A stretch of 64,000 bases of DNA from Alphaproteobacteria bacterium bin98 (GCA_002238905.1 MPNG01000003.1:34121-98120); one strand, 5' to 3'; positions 1 through 9,528 are shown, numbered from the stretch's first letter. Numbers and translations: made by a program. Notes: a model not told the origin generated them from the letters alone.

Positions 1-1024
1 TATCAATATATGGTGGGTTTTTGCCTGGTTTTTGTATAAAACATAAAGAGTTTTCCTTTAAACCATACCGCAAAGATAGGTACTGGTTCACCCTGATAAA
101 AAATTGCCCCACCTGCGCTAAATAAGGGTGAACCCTGCAGTCAACTTTTGTAAGACAGACAGAAAGTGTTTTTTCCACACCAAAACGCACAATTTTCAAT
201 TCACTCCTGGGCTTTCTTTGCATCATACACACAAAATCTGTCACAGTTTTAACAGGCCTCCCATCGCACGAAACAATGACATCACCCACTTTCAGTGCGA
301 CATCAGAATAAAGCATTTTCTCTGATACAAGAATACCTTCTTCATAACCGCTTTCTCCCATAAAAATATGTTTTTCCCACGGCGCCATATACCTAAAACT
401 TAAACCCTTGAGAAAATAAAAATCTCGTCGCTTGCCACCAGACAGCACATGTTCTGTATCCTCCATAAGCTCTTTAACAACTCGGCATGGAACCCATCCC
501 GCAAGAGTGTTAATCGCATACGCCTCATCGTTCTCATTTAAATACAACGCCGCCGGCTCTGAAGCGAGGTCTGGGCTTCCCACAGATTGTCCAGGAAACC
601 CTTTGTGGGATTGATAATCATGGCTAGCATAAAACATAATGCTTTTTTCAACACTATCGCTGACAAAATCCAAAACCTGCTTAAAGCCAGAAGTCGCTGT
701 TAGTGCCTTACTATCAACAAATCGCACTTCTTCACAGCGCGGGAAAGCGCCATTTCCCTCTTCAAGCTGCAGGGTGCAAAGATCGTACAAAGGTTGCACA
801 GCCACAATACGCGCGACACGCCGCTCTCCATGGCTTTGCAAAATAATTTTTCCTCCAACAAAGTAATTGGTTACCTTGCTAAACTGTGCCAAAAACAGAT
901 GGCGCTTTTTATCCACTAAACTGGCCGATGACTCTGGAGCGCCTTTAATGTCATGCACTACAGACACCATGCAATTTTTACACCACAACTCTGCACACAA
1001 AAAACATAACACTATCAACAACAT
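1..1024 (-). CDS. Secreted HtrA/DegP-like trypsin-fold + PDZ protein, paralog 0 (partial; the C-terminus runs off the window edge)
   Basis: Manual translation of the minus strand from the ATG at 1024..1022 gives MLLIVLCFLCAELWC...LVDKKRHLFLAQ...DLCTLQLEE...VALKVGDVIVSCDGRPVKTV with no stop before position 1. It shares the LIDK(K/N)(K/R)xL box and the PDZ-like GDV..V.G motif with the five downstream paralogs. The partial ORF is absent from the ORF track because it has no stop inside the window. Confidence 0.55.
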   Translation of the reverse strand, partial: MLLIVLCFLCAELWCKNCMVSVVHDIKGAPESSASLVDKKRHLFLAQFSKVTNYFVGGKIILQSHGERRVARIVAVQPLYDLCTLQLEEGNGAFPRCEEVRFVDSKALTATSGFKQVLDFVSDSVEKSIMFYASHDYQSHKGFPGQSVGSPDLASEPAALYLNENDEAYAINTLAGWVPCRVVKELMEDTEHVLSGGKRRDFYFLKGLSFRYMAPWEKHIFMGESGYEEGILVSEKMLYSDVALKVGDVIVSCDGRPVKTVTDFVCMMQRKPRSELKIVRFGVEKTLSVCLTKVDCRVHPYLAQVGQFFIRVNQYLSLRYGLKENSLCFIQKPGKNPPYID

Positions 1025-2304
1025 AAACCCCCTCCGATTGGCATAGCAAAGATTGTCGAGGAAGCGCGCGTCTCAAACATAACGAATCTCTTACGACCTT
1101 GCACTGGCTTGAGCATAATGGGCTTCCCTAATCTCAAACAGTCTCTGAGCGTTACATCATCCCACTCTTTTTTTCCATCAATACTGTCTAGATAGAGCAA
1201 AGGATTTAGCATCTTTGGAGGAGAGGAGTACGCAAGAGGCAGTTGCTCATAGTGCGCCACATACGCCAGCCACCTTTGAGGGTCATGCAAATCCCATAAT
1301 GTTCTCAGGAAAGGCGTAATACGGAAAAAAATCATACCACGTTCCTCAATGCGCTCAGGAAACCCAGAAGGCTTTACAGAAGATGGCAGCGATATCACTT
1401 CTCCATCTCTCAGCACCTTCACATCTTGACTATGATAAAAAATACCCTCTGCCGCATACCAAACCTCTTTGCCGTTCATGTGATCTATGTGGCGATATTT
1501 AACAATATCGCCTTCCTTAAACACTCCATCACCCTTCACAACACAATAAATATGCAACGCGTAAGGTTCATCACTGCTGAAAGATAGTTGGGCATCAAGA
1601 GTGTTTGTGTACCACCTTAAGTTGCTTGTTTCTATAAGAGCTGCGGTATAGGTGGTTTCTTTTTGTTGATAGTTTTTATTTGCCTGTAAGCGCTCTAAGG
1701 CATAAGAAATTTTCTCACACGAGGCATAGGTATTGCCCCACACTTGAATACCTACAATTTCATGATTGTCATTCAGCAACAAACCACCATTAACGTCCGT
1801 TATAAGACGCGCATGACCACAACCATCTTGTGTCTTGCCCTCAATCCTTGAGGGTGTCACAAAATAAGACATTTTCCCAAGCTTGGCTAAAAAACCGTAT
1901 ATCTGAATATCTCCCGTATGCTGTGTTGCTTTCACAGGAAGCGCTGGCATATCAGCCGGCACATGATCTGCTTCTACAAGGGCAAAGTCTGCATAAATAT
2001 CTTGATAAATCACATGCGCTGGAGAAGAGGATCCATCTGCAAAAAACATTGTCACTGTTGCATCACTTTGACACTCAAAAAATGTATTATCTGTTAAAAA
2101 CAAACGCTTATTTTTATCTATCAGCGCACCCATGGTTTGTTGCTTATAGTGCTCTTTTACACCCCCGTTTCCCTTATGCACTATGACATGATCACTCTGA
2201 ACACACACAATGGCCAAACTTTTTCCAGGGTCCGCAGAACACCAAACAGCACAAGATAAAAGCATCCAAAAAACCTTAAGCACAACACACCCACTTAGAG
2301 TCAA
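1015..2304 (-). CDS. Secreted HtrA-like trypsin-fold/PDZ paralog 1; the catalytic His and Ser positions appear substituted
   Basis: The 429 aa ORF has a hydrophobic N-terminus. LIDKNKRLFLTDNTFF occupies the position of the HtrA His box (..ILTNxHVV). DIYADFALVEAD is the Asp box, VNGGLLLNDNHEIVGIQ replaces GNSGGPL, and the PDZ-like segment is GDIVKYRHIDHMNGKEV. Its stop overlaps the start of paralog 0. Confidence 0.55.
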   Translation of the reverse strand: MTLSGCVVLKVFWMLLSCAVWCSADPGKSLAIVCVQSDHVIVHKGNGGVKEHYKQQTMGALIDKNKRLFLTDNTFFECQSDATVTMFFADGSSSPAHVIYQDIYADFALVEADHVPADMPALPVKATQHTGDIQIYGFLAKLGKMSYFVTPSRIEGKTQDGCGHARLITDVNGGLLLNDNHEIVGIQVWGNTYASCEKISYALERLQANKNYQQKETTYTAALIETSNLRWYTNTLDAQLSFSSDEPYALHIYCVVKGDGVFKEGDIVKYRHIDHMNGKEVWYAAEGIFYHSQDVKVLRDGEVISLPSSVKPSGFPERIEERGMIFFRITPFLRTLWDLHDPQRWLAYVAHYEQLPLAYSSPPKMLNPLLYLDSIDGKKEWDDVTLRDCLRLGKPIMLKPVQGRKRFVMFETRASSTIFAMPIGGGLCC

Positions 2305-3619
2305 AGGACTGCTTATATTCTGTCATTTTTTTATGATACGGGCAAAAACGAAGCACCATTCGGGGAGCGTACACCCAGGATCGCCACTCTATGTTTATAG
2401 GCTCTGTCGATAATACCACTCCTTCTTTGGAACATTCGGATAACAACGTATAAACATCATCCAGAGAGTGGACTTCTTTGCCATTCATTGCGTATACAAA
2501 CGCCTTAGGATTATAGTTATTGCCTTTCTTGGACATACACGCCAAACGCCTTCCATGTCGTCGAAAAACATGTGATGTTTCAAAAAATATATGCGATCCA
2601 TAATCAATCACGCGATCAGGCGTGAAGGTATCAAGAAAACAAATGGGTGCCTCTACCGTCATCATTTTTCCCATACGCCAAATACGCACACTCACGGTTT
2701 TTTTTCCTTTTGCGATAGCTTTTTCTAAAACACGCCACACATCTGTTATACGATAAACCGGCTCACCTTCTACAAAAAAGATATGATCTCTCACCGCAAA
2801 AGGCATGTTCTGCAGGTGATCACTTGCGTTGCATTCAGAAACTGTCAAAGGACGTTTGTGCACCATAGAGCTATCATATCCTTCAGGCCACACAATCGGA
2901 AGGCCCATAAATTCTGAAAATTCTTCCATAGATTTGTGAGAGAGGAGAGCGCCTATATGGGCAGTAAAAAACACCCCTTGCTTTTTAAAATAATCGCATT
3001 GAAACACAATAGGTGGAGAGGCAGCAATATACAAGCTGTGATCGCTCTTTCGATCAAAGCGCACACCAATCACCGCGCCATTTTCACCAACTACTGGCAC
3101 ATTGAGGGATGGTTCCGCATCTTTGCGCGCCGTATAAGCAGCCGTCATAGGCAACAATCGTGCAGAAGACATCACATCACCCAGCATAACGTTCGTGCTT
3201 GTTTGAGAATGAAGGTCCGAGAGAAACGATACTTTTTGATGCAGCGTGCCCCATTGATCACTCAGCTTGTACTCTTTGTGCGCTTGTAGTTTCTTTCTAT
3301 CACTCTCTTCTACCTGAAACAGCGTAAGAGCACCGATGGATCCCACACAGTGCGCTTTTAACGGATCAGAGCTCCAGGAAACCAAGTGATATTCTCCCAC
3401 TATTGGCAAATTATAAAACTGCAACGATGAGTCAAGGCTCACGCACAAGCCGCGCTCACGATCTATTAAAAACGCGATTTTATCAACCCACAAACTCATA
3501 ACCAATGGCCCTTCAGGATGTATTTGAAAAATGCCATCCAACTCTTTCTCTTTTTGCACAAAGAGCATACAGCACAAAGCCGTCATAACAATAATGCCAA
3601 TAATGATCTTACTACGCAC
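2276..3619 (-). CDS. Secreted HtrA-like trypsin-fold/PDZ paralog 2 (degenerate active site)
   Basis: The 447 aa ORF starts with a signal-like N-terminus, MRSKIIIGIIVMTALCCMLF. LIDRERGLCVSLDSSL sits at the His-box position with no His, and GENGAVIGV sits at the Ser-box position. The PDZ-like segment is AMNGKEVHSLDDVYTLL. It ends in CCA like paralog 1 (..LCC). Confidence 0.5.
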   Translation of the reverse strand: MRSKIIIGIIVMTALCCMLFVQKEKELDGIFQIHPEGPLVMSLWVDKIAFLIDRERGLCVSLDSSLQFYNLPIVGEYHLVSWSSDPLKAHCVGSIGALTLFQVEESDRKKLQAHKEYKLSDQWGTLHQKVSFLSDLHSQTSTNVMLGDVMSSARLLPMTAAYTARKDAEPSLNVPVVGENGAVIGVRFDRKSDHSLYIAASPPIVFQCDYFKKQGVFFTAHIGALLSHKSMEEFSEFMGLPIVWPEGYDSSMVHKRPLTVSECNASDHLQNMPFAVRDHIFFVEGEPVYRITDVWRVLEKAIAKGKKTVSVRIWRMGKMMTVEAPICFLDTFTPDRVIDYGSHIFFETSHVFRRHGRRLACMSKKGNNYNPKAFVYAMNGKEVHSLDDVYTLLSECSKEGVVLSTEPINIEWRSWVYAPRMVLRFCPYHKKMTEYKQSFDSKWVCCA

Positions 3620-4949
3620 TTTTTTCTCCTTCTACAACCCTTTGTTCTGTTATGCCAATACCTTTTTTCAGAGACAAAAGAAGGCCCTTTTGTGCATGTG
3701 CGGGTATTGATAGTTCCTCTAACACAACCCGCTCATTAAATGGGTGAGACAAATAGTGCATGCCGACAGTTAAATAGGGAAGCCCGATCAAAGGCAATAA
3801 ATCATCAAGAGTGTGAATACTTTTACCATTAATGAAGCATACCCATTGATAGAGATTATTGCAGCAACTGTCCAGAACTAACCGTGATATTTCACCAAGA
3901 GGTCGCTCCCACATTTCCCAAAAATCTTTTCCCCCGTAGTGCAGCGCTTTCTCATCTTGTGCGTCATACGTATAAACGGGAAGCGGCATATCCAAAACGC
4001 TTTGTGTGGTGGATCTATAAACTGTTATAGTAGCGCCAGATTCAGCCAAAGATGCACGGTATACATCACCCAGGGTAGGATTCTTTTTTCCATTGACCTG
4101 CAAAACAACATCTCCCACTTCCAGGGGATGCGAATGTTTGATCTCACATGGATCAAAAAAAATCCTTTGAATGTACAGGTAACGCTTATGGCTTTCCAAG
4201 TGCTTTGATGGCCCCAACATCTCTACCAAACCAGATCCATCTTCATACACAAATTCGTATCCTCTCAAAGCCCGACTGGTTATGCCATCATCTTCACAAA
4301 TCAAGCGTTTCTTTGCTCTTTCAACAAATTTTTTCACTTGGTAGGAGGGAATAATAGTTGTACAATTGCGCGAACCTTGAAACACCATACCAACCAATTT
4401 TTTATCACGACTTAACAAAGGAGAACCACTTGATCCAGCGTGAAAATTCAAAGGCCCCACCGCACTATAAGATTCCATTACAATGTTCATACGCTGAAAC
4501 GATGTGTCAGACCCTCCCATCAAACCTTTGCCAAAGATAAAACCACCACCACTAGAGTTGTTAATAGTAAAAACTTCCATACCAACATAAACGTCATCTA
4601 CAAATCCTGCGATTTCTTCATAGTCCTCTAAAAACGCAGGGTCTACCTGCAAAGCCGCCAAATCGCTGGCACGATCAATCAACACGACCCTAGCTTCTGC
4701 AGAACTGCCATTTTTTGTGTGCAAAAAATAATTTCCTCCATTACAATAGAACACTGCATGAGCGTTAGATAAAACAAGGCCTCTTTTTTTATCCACAATT
4801 ACAGAGCTTGCGCAGTAATGAGTGCTACGCCCTCGGCGCACAACTATCTGCGTTGTGGGCATAAACACTTTACACAAATAGTTTTCCATGTGAGTGTCTG
4901 CAAAAGCTGATTTTGACATAAAAAATAGAAGGAGCACCACCCACATCAT
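3612..4949 (-). CDS. HtrA/DegP-family periplasmic serine protease with PDZ domain; the only array member with an intact His-Asp-Ser triad
   Basis: The 445 aa ORF has a signal peptide, MMWVVLLLFFMSKSAFA. VIVDKKRGLVLSNAHAV is the HtrA His box, ARVVLIDRASDLAALQV is the Asp box and NFHAGSSGSPLLSRDKKLVGMVFQG is the GNSGGPL-like Ser box. The PDZ motif is LEVGDVVLQVNGKKNPTLGDVYRAS. Confidence 0.75.
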   Translation of the reverse strand: MMWVVLLLFFMSKSAFADTHMENYLCKVFMPTTQIVVRRGRSTHYCASSVIVDKKRGLVLSNAHAVFYCNGGNYFLHTKNGSSAEARVVLIDRASDLAALQVDPAFLEDYEEIAGFVDDVYVGMEVFTINNSSGGGFIFGKGLMGGSDTSFQRMNIVMESYSAVGPLNFHAGSSGSPLLSRDKKLVGMVFQGSRNCTTIIPSYQVKKFVERAKKRLICEDDGITSRALRGYEFVYEDGSGLVEMLGPSKHLESHKRYLYIQRIFFDPCEIKHSHPLEVGDVVLQVNGKKNPTLGDVYRASLAESGATITVYRSTTQSVLDMPLPVYTYDAQDEKALHYGGKDFWEMWERPLGEISRLVLDSCCNNLYQWVCFINGKSIHTLDDLLPLIGLPYLTVGMHYLSHPFNERVVLEELSIPAHAQKGLLLSLKKGIGITEQRVVEGEKSA

Positions 4950-6124
4950 AACTTCCCTCTTAATATTGCTGGCTGTATGCAGTCTTGCAAGATCTTCGAG
5001 TGAAGTTTTTGCTCAAGGCCTATTTGTTTCTGCTCCAGGATAATTTTTAACTTCTCTAGCGTCATCTTTCTGCCGTCACTTGTAAACACCTGGTAGGCTT
5101 TTTTTCTACCACGTGGCAAACAAACCGCCGTACCCACAGAGGCTTTCCAGTTAAAATACTCTGCTGTAAAAGGTGATTGAATAAAACATACAGCATCTGC
5201 GTTCGCGATACAGCCTGCTTGCAATTGGGTAAACCTTTCCGTCGGAAGCAGCACCTTTTGCAAACCTCCATCTCGCCACACCTCCCATTCCACAAAAGGT
5301 ATGTTGGCAGACTCTATCACTGCATTGTAGTGGCTTGGATAAAGGCCATTCACTGCAAATAAAACATCACAAACTTTCAAGCCGTTCCGATTCTCTGTCA
5401 TGACGGAAAAAAGAAAAGGCTCTCCTGGATACCTCTGACTAAAGATATTGAGCATTTCTTCTGTCACAACTTTATGTGTCAAAAGAGTCGATGCGTAAAA
5501 TGTTGCGCTCTCCAGAGGAACATAGCGCATTTCTTCCGTGTGTCGAGATAGGAGCATTTTTAAGGATTTTTTTATAAATTTTGCACGCACAAAAGAAGCA
5601 TTTATAGCAACACCAACTAAACCATCTTTAGAAAACAATAAGGGTAGAGCGCTGCTTTCATTCCATCTTTGCCAAAAGTATCCATTCGTGCGCTGATAGA
5701 CATTATTTTCATAAGCCAAGAGGGTTTCTGTGACTTCCGACTCATTCGCATGATAAGACCACACTTGTGTTGGCAAATTTTCATGATCATCAAGTGGTAT
5801 GGCATGGCTTTCTTCAGGAATTTCTTCAGCTTGCAAAAACATAAAGCCATGTATGGGGTGAACAAAAACAACACGAGCGTTCACTAACATACCCCCATGC
5901 AAACACAGCCTTACCTTTGTTACAGGCGCAATATGCACCAAGGAAAGGAACGCAACAAAAAGCTTTTTTTCCTTGTCAATAAGAGCGGTGGGAACTATGT
6001 GTTTTTCTGGCGAACCTTCTTTAAAAACTTCTACCATTGCGGACCCAACGCTTTGCGACACACACGCAGGATCTGGCGCAGCGCCACACAAAGACAAAAC
6101 ATATAGTAGCGCTATCCACTTCAT
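4946..6124 (-). CDS. Secreted HtrA-like trypsin-fold/PDZ paralog 4 (degenerate active site)
   Basis: The ORF track extends to 6259, but the likely start is the internal Met of MKWIALLYVLSLCGAAP (signal peptide), at about 6124, which abuts the paralog-5 stop. ALIDKEKKLFVAFLSLVHIA sits at the His-box position and SKDGLVGVAINASF at the Ser-box position. The PDZ-like segment is CDVLFAVNGLYPSHYNAV. Confidence 0.5.
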   Translation of the reverse strand: MKWIALLYVLSLCGAAPDPACVSQSVGSAMVEVFKEGSPEKHIVPTALIDKEKKLFVAFLSLVHIAPVTKVRLCLHGGMLVNARVVFVHPIHGFMFLQAEEIPEESHAIPLDDHENLPTQVWSYHANESEVTETLLAYENNVYQRTNGYFWQRWNESSALPLLFSKDGLVGVAINASFVRAKFIKKSLKMLLSRHTEEMRYVPLESATFYASTLLTHKVVTEEMLNIFSQRYPGEPFLFSVMTENRNGLKVCDVLFAVNGLYPSHYNAVIESANIPFVEWEVWRDGGLQKVLLPTERFTQLQAGCIANADAVCFIQSPFTAEYFNWKASVGTAVCLPRGRKKAYQVFTSDGRKMTLEKLKIILEQKQIGLEQKLHSKILQDCIQPAILRGKL

Positions 6125-7509
6125 GCGGCCCAACCTGCTCTTTTGGTGCACTGCTGTTCTAAATTGACAAATCTGGATAGTTTTTTTGATGGCAAAAAAC
6201 AGCCTTTGTTTGTACTGGTAAGTAGCAAATCTATACCACTCAAAGCAATATTTTGGCAAGCAAGCATCGCTATATCCACCAAATCTGAAAAGTTTTTAAC
6301 AACCTGACCATTTGCGGACTGCACAAAAAATCTATCACCTTGGGAATAAGGGGTAAAAGGGTCAGCAAAGCGCATCACCACGCCACCCATACCTTCCATG
6401 CCTGGCACACGCGCATCGGTAAACAGAAGTGGTCCCCAATAAAATAAGCGCTTAGGGGCATAATCCAGTGAATTAGATACGGGCGTTTGCACCGTCTTTT
6501 TGACGCCTCTTCTGAGCACCGTTAACTGAATCATAGGGGCATTATCTTCGGCCGCTTTATCCAAAAAGGACTGTAGCAGATCCGGGTTTCTGCTTATATC
6601 ATGCTCACAACCTTGGTAGTGCAAAGAAAGCACAACATCGCCAATATGGGGGGCATTTTCTTCCACAGGCATCCTAACGTTCTTCACTATGAGTTGCTGA
6701 GCATATCCATAACGCTCCATAATCCCTTTGGGAAGTGTAGCAGTATCAATGCCATCAAAACAGCATCGGTCAACCAAAAACCCCCCTTTTAAGCTAGTAG
6801 CCGGCAAAAACCCACGTTTTGTATTTTTCCCTTTCTTTTTAAACGCAGCCACCAGATCTCTGATACCCCCTATGTCCATCACACGCATATTGCGCCGCCT
6901 TCCTTGCATGACACCGCAGCACTTATTGTCTTTATTGAGAAGGAGCATGCCTTGCACAACATCCTCACACTCAAGAGGACAAGCCACAGTAACGCGCATT
7001 TTGTTATTAATCGATGGTTCTTCCAAGATTCTTTTGTGTAGCTCTTTGAAATAGGGTGTCGCGTGAAACAAAAATACCTCTTGGCCTTGATGCACAGTCT
7101 CTTGTGCAAAACGCACCTCCTCATCATTGGCAATATTATCAAGAAACGAATCCTCTATCTGCATAATAAGCGTTGATGTGGGATGATCTATAAAGACAAT
7201 GTGTGCATCCATAGAGCCGTGGGTAGCGCTATAAATATAGCAGCGCTCATCTCCCGTAAAGTAGGTTGCGTTATCTGTATACACCAGCATAAGCCCTCTC
7301 TTTTTATCAATCAGCATGCCAACAGATTTCTTAAACGTTGATTCACTTTGCAACCCTACATAGCGCGGAGCAAAAGAAACTTTATACCAAGTAGGAACTG
7401 ACGAAAACAGCCATGAACAAATGAAAAATAAGAAAAATGACCGCCTCATGGGCACAACATAACACACTAGCGCAACCCAGAAAAGAATTCTTGCAAAAGT
7501 GCGGCGCAA
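6121..7509 (-). CDS. Secreted HtrA-like trypsin-fold/PDZ paralog 5 (degenerate active site)
   Basis: The 462 aa ORF has a hydrophobic N-terminus. MLIDKKRGLMLVYTDNATYF sits at the His-box position with no His in register. The PDZ-like segment is HIGDVVLSLHYQGCEHD. The start region overlaps the tadA stop. Confidence 0.5.
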   Translation of the reverse strand: MRRTFARILFWVALVCYVVPMRRSFFLFFICSWLFSSVPTWYKVSFAPRYVGLQSESTFKKSVGMLIDKKRGLMLVYTDNATYFTGDERCYIYSATHGSMDAHIVFIDHPTSTLIMQIEDSFLDNIANDEEVRFAQETVHQGQEVFLFHATPYFKELHKRILEEPSINNKMRVTVACPLECEDVVQGMLLLNKDNKCCGVMQGRRRNMRVMDIGGIRDLVAAFKKKGKNTKRGFLPATSLKGGFLVDRCCFDGIDTATLPKGIMERYGYAQQLIVKNVRMPVEENAPHIGDVVLSLHYQGCEHDISRNPDLLQSFLDKAAEDNAPMIQLTVLRRGVKKTVQTPVSNSLDYAPKRLFYWGPLLFTDARVPGMEGMGGVVMRFADPFTPYSQGDRFFVQSANGQVVKNFSDLVDIAMLACQNIALSGIDLLLTSTNKGCFLPSKKLSRFVNLEQQCTKRAGWAA

Positions 7510-7934
7510 GGCTCTTCCAGCACACCTCCTAAAATTAAAGTCGGGTAGGGAGGTTTGCCAACAGGAACCTCTTTATCAAACGCGCCAAAGCAGAGCGTAT
7601 GCAGTCGCATACGCTGCAAAACGGCCGAGCACATTGTGCAGGGCTGAAGTGTGACATATAGTGTGCACTCACTCCAATACCTGCGCTCCATGTTATGCGC
7701 CTTCTGCGCGCATAATAACTCAGCATGCGCCAAGGGATTATTATCGCGCTCCACACGATTTGCATGCTCTACCACCAACGTATCTTGATGCCAAAGTGAA
7801 GCGGCCACTGGCACTTCGCCATATTCTTTTGCTTCTTTTGCTAGTGTGTAAACGCGTTGCATGCGCTGGGTATGCATATCACCATTACGCAACCATTCCT
7901 CAAGGGTTGCTGAGGCATACTCCAAATCAGACAT
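7467..7934 (-). CDS. tadA: tRNA-specific adenosine deaminase
   Basis: The 155 aa ORF carries the CDA-fold zinc motifs HAELLCAQKAH (HAE) and PCTMCSAVL (PCxxC). Confidence 0.8.
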   Translation of the reverse strand: MSDLEYASATLEEWLRNGDMHTQRMQRVYTLAKEAKEYGEVPVAASLWHQDTLVVEHANRVERDNNPLAHAELLCAQKAHNMERRYWSECTLYVTLQPCTMCSAVLQRMRLHTLCFGAFDKEVPVGKPPYPTLILGGVLEEPCAALLQEFFSGLR

Positions 7935-8609
7935 TTATCGGCGCACCAAGCAGTCTTCTCCGCTATTTTTCAGGGATCGACACAACTGATTTGCTTCTGA
8001 CAAGGGCATATCCGCAATCGTCACGCGGTAAAGAGTGCGACCCTTCACTTTTGTTTGCATCAACACCACTTTGTCTCTGCTACCTACAAGAAGGCTTTTG
8101 TACGGGTCACGCTTGCTAAGATTACGTATTAAAGTTGTTGCTTGAGCACGCGTTTTAAACGTTGCCAAATCAAGATCCACCATTGTATCTGGAACCGTTT
8201 GTTTTTTTTCGGTGGCCACTACACGATCTTCATCTGTATAAATATTCACAACATCTGAGTGGATGCTGTAGTAATTACGACCTTCTCGTTGAGGCTCTTT
8301 TATTGCAGGAATCTCTTTGCGTCCTACAGAAGTATCTCGGGGACGCTCAGGCTCTTTATCCAACAAACGATAAACCGCCATGCCTTTGTCTTCAGCGCGA
8401 TATCCACCAGGCTCGGATGGCACTGCGCGCACAACGCCGCTTGGTGCTTGCACATAGATAACCCCACGGCTTTCTGGCGGAGAAAACACAAACCAAAGCA
8501 AAATAATAATAATGAGAATAAAAGCAACGAGTGCTAAGCGTACTCGTACGCTCATACGCCGTCCAGCGTATATATATTTTTCTTCTTCTTCAGAACGCCA
8601 ATCGCTCAT
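7935..8609 (-). CDS. SPOR-domain membrane protein (peptidoglycan-binding; septal or cell-wall associated)
   Basis: It has an N-terminal TM segment, LALVAFILIIIILLWFVF, and a C-terminal SPOR-like segment, GRTLYRVTIADMPLSEANQLCRSLKNSGEDCLVRR. Confidence 0.55.
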   Translation of the reverse strand: MSDWRSEEEEKYIYAGRRMSVRVRLALVAFILIIIILLWFVFSPPESRGVIYVQAPSGVVRAVPSEPGGYRAEDKGMAVYRLLDKEPERPRDTSVGRKEIPAIKEPQREGRNYYSIHSDVVNIYTDEDRVVATEKKQTVPDTMVDLDLATFKTRAQATTLIRNLSKRDPYKSLLVGSRDKVVLMQTKVKGRTLYRVTIADMPLSEANQLCRSLKNSGEDCLVRR

Positions 8610-8663
8610 ACACTACCCTGAAAACCCTATCCATTGCAGCCCATTATATCATGAAGAAAGCCA

Positions 8664-9170
8664 TTACGAAGAAGCTATATTGCTGTACAAATTAGTAAAA
8701 AATTTTTTCATGGGCATCTTACACACACCATAGCGGCGCGCAAAGTCTAGCCACCACACAAAACCCAACTCTGGAAGAGGATTCAAAAAATCTTCGTTGC
8801 GCGTAACACGCCAGTGGTGCAAACGCAGAATGCATTCCCACACACACCACAAAGGCACATGATGCTTGGGCATGTCATGATGGCATGATGCACTATAAAT
8901 CTTATATAAATATTGCGATTTTATCTTGATGTGAGGGACTTTGGGGGGCGCTGGCGCCACATCGGCCGCCTTCACAACATCGGAAGATGTCAAGCGCATA
9001 GTCATACGACTACCGACTTCAAGGCATAAGCCTAAAGACATAGCTTCCCGCACATGATGCAGCTCCACGCCATCCACCACGAGCAGACATGCGGACCCAC
9101 GCTGCACACGCATATTGACACTTTGTGGGGAGTTTTGATAAAAAAAATCAACGATCTTTGCGATATTCAC
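8664..9170 (-). CDS. Hypothetical Cys/His-rich protein
   Basis: The 168 aa ORF lies on the same strand immediately downstream of rpsU. No recognisable family; it has clusters of His/Cys (CHHDMPKHHVPLWCVWEC). Confidence 0.4.
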   Translation of the reverse strand: MNIAKIVDFFYQNSPQSVNMRVQRGSACLLVVDGVELHHVREAMSLGLCLEVGSRMTMRLTSSDVVKAADVAPAPPKVPHIKIKSQYLYKIYSASCHHDMPKHHVPLWCVWECILRLHHWRVTRNEDFLNPLPELGFVWWLDFARRYGVCKMPMKKFFTNLYSNIASS

Positions 9171-9176
9171 AAAGCT

Positions 9177-9380
9177 TTAATCATCACGACCAAATCGTTT
9201 TGAGTTAAGCTTACGCAAACGCTTAACCGATTCAGCGCGCTCACGAACTCTTTTTTCAGAAGGCTTTTCATAGCTTTGGTGCATTTTAAAGGCTTTCAAA
9301 ATACCTTCTTGCATAACCCGTCTTTTAAAAACCCTTAATGCCTGTTCAGCTTTATCATCAGAAACAAATACTTTAACCAC
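9177..9380 (-). CDS. rpsU: 30S ribosomal protein S21
   Basis: The 67 aa protein reads MVKVFVSDDKAEQALRVFKRRVMQEGILKAFKMHQSYEKPSEKR, a typical S21 sequence. Confidence 0.85.
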   Translation of the reverse strand: MVKVFVSDDKAEQALRVFKRRVMQEGILKAFKMHQSYEKPSEKRVRERAESVKRLRKLNSKRFGRDD

Positions 9381-9528
9381 TTCTTCTCCTGTAGCAAACT
9401 ATTGTAGCACACCCCTCTATCATTCTCAATTGTGGCAACAATTATACAGACAACACGCACTTTTTAATCACCAACAGCAACCACCCTTGTTCTGATACAG
9501 TAAAAACTGTAGTCTGTTTGGGGGAGTT

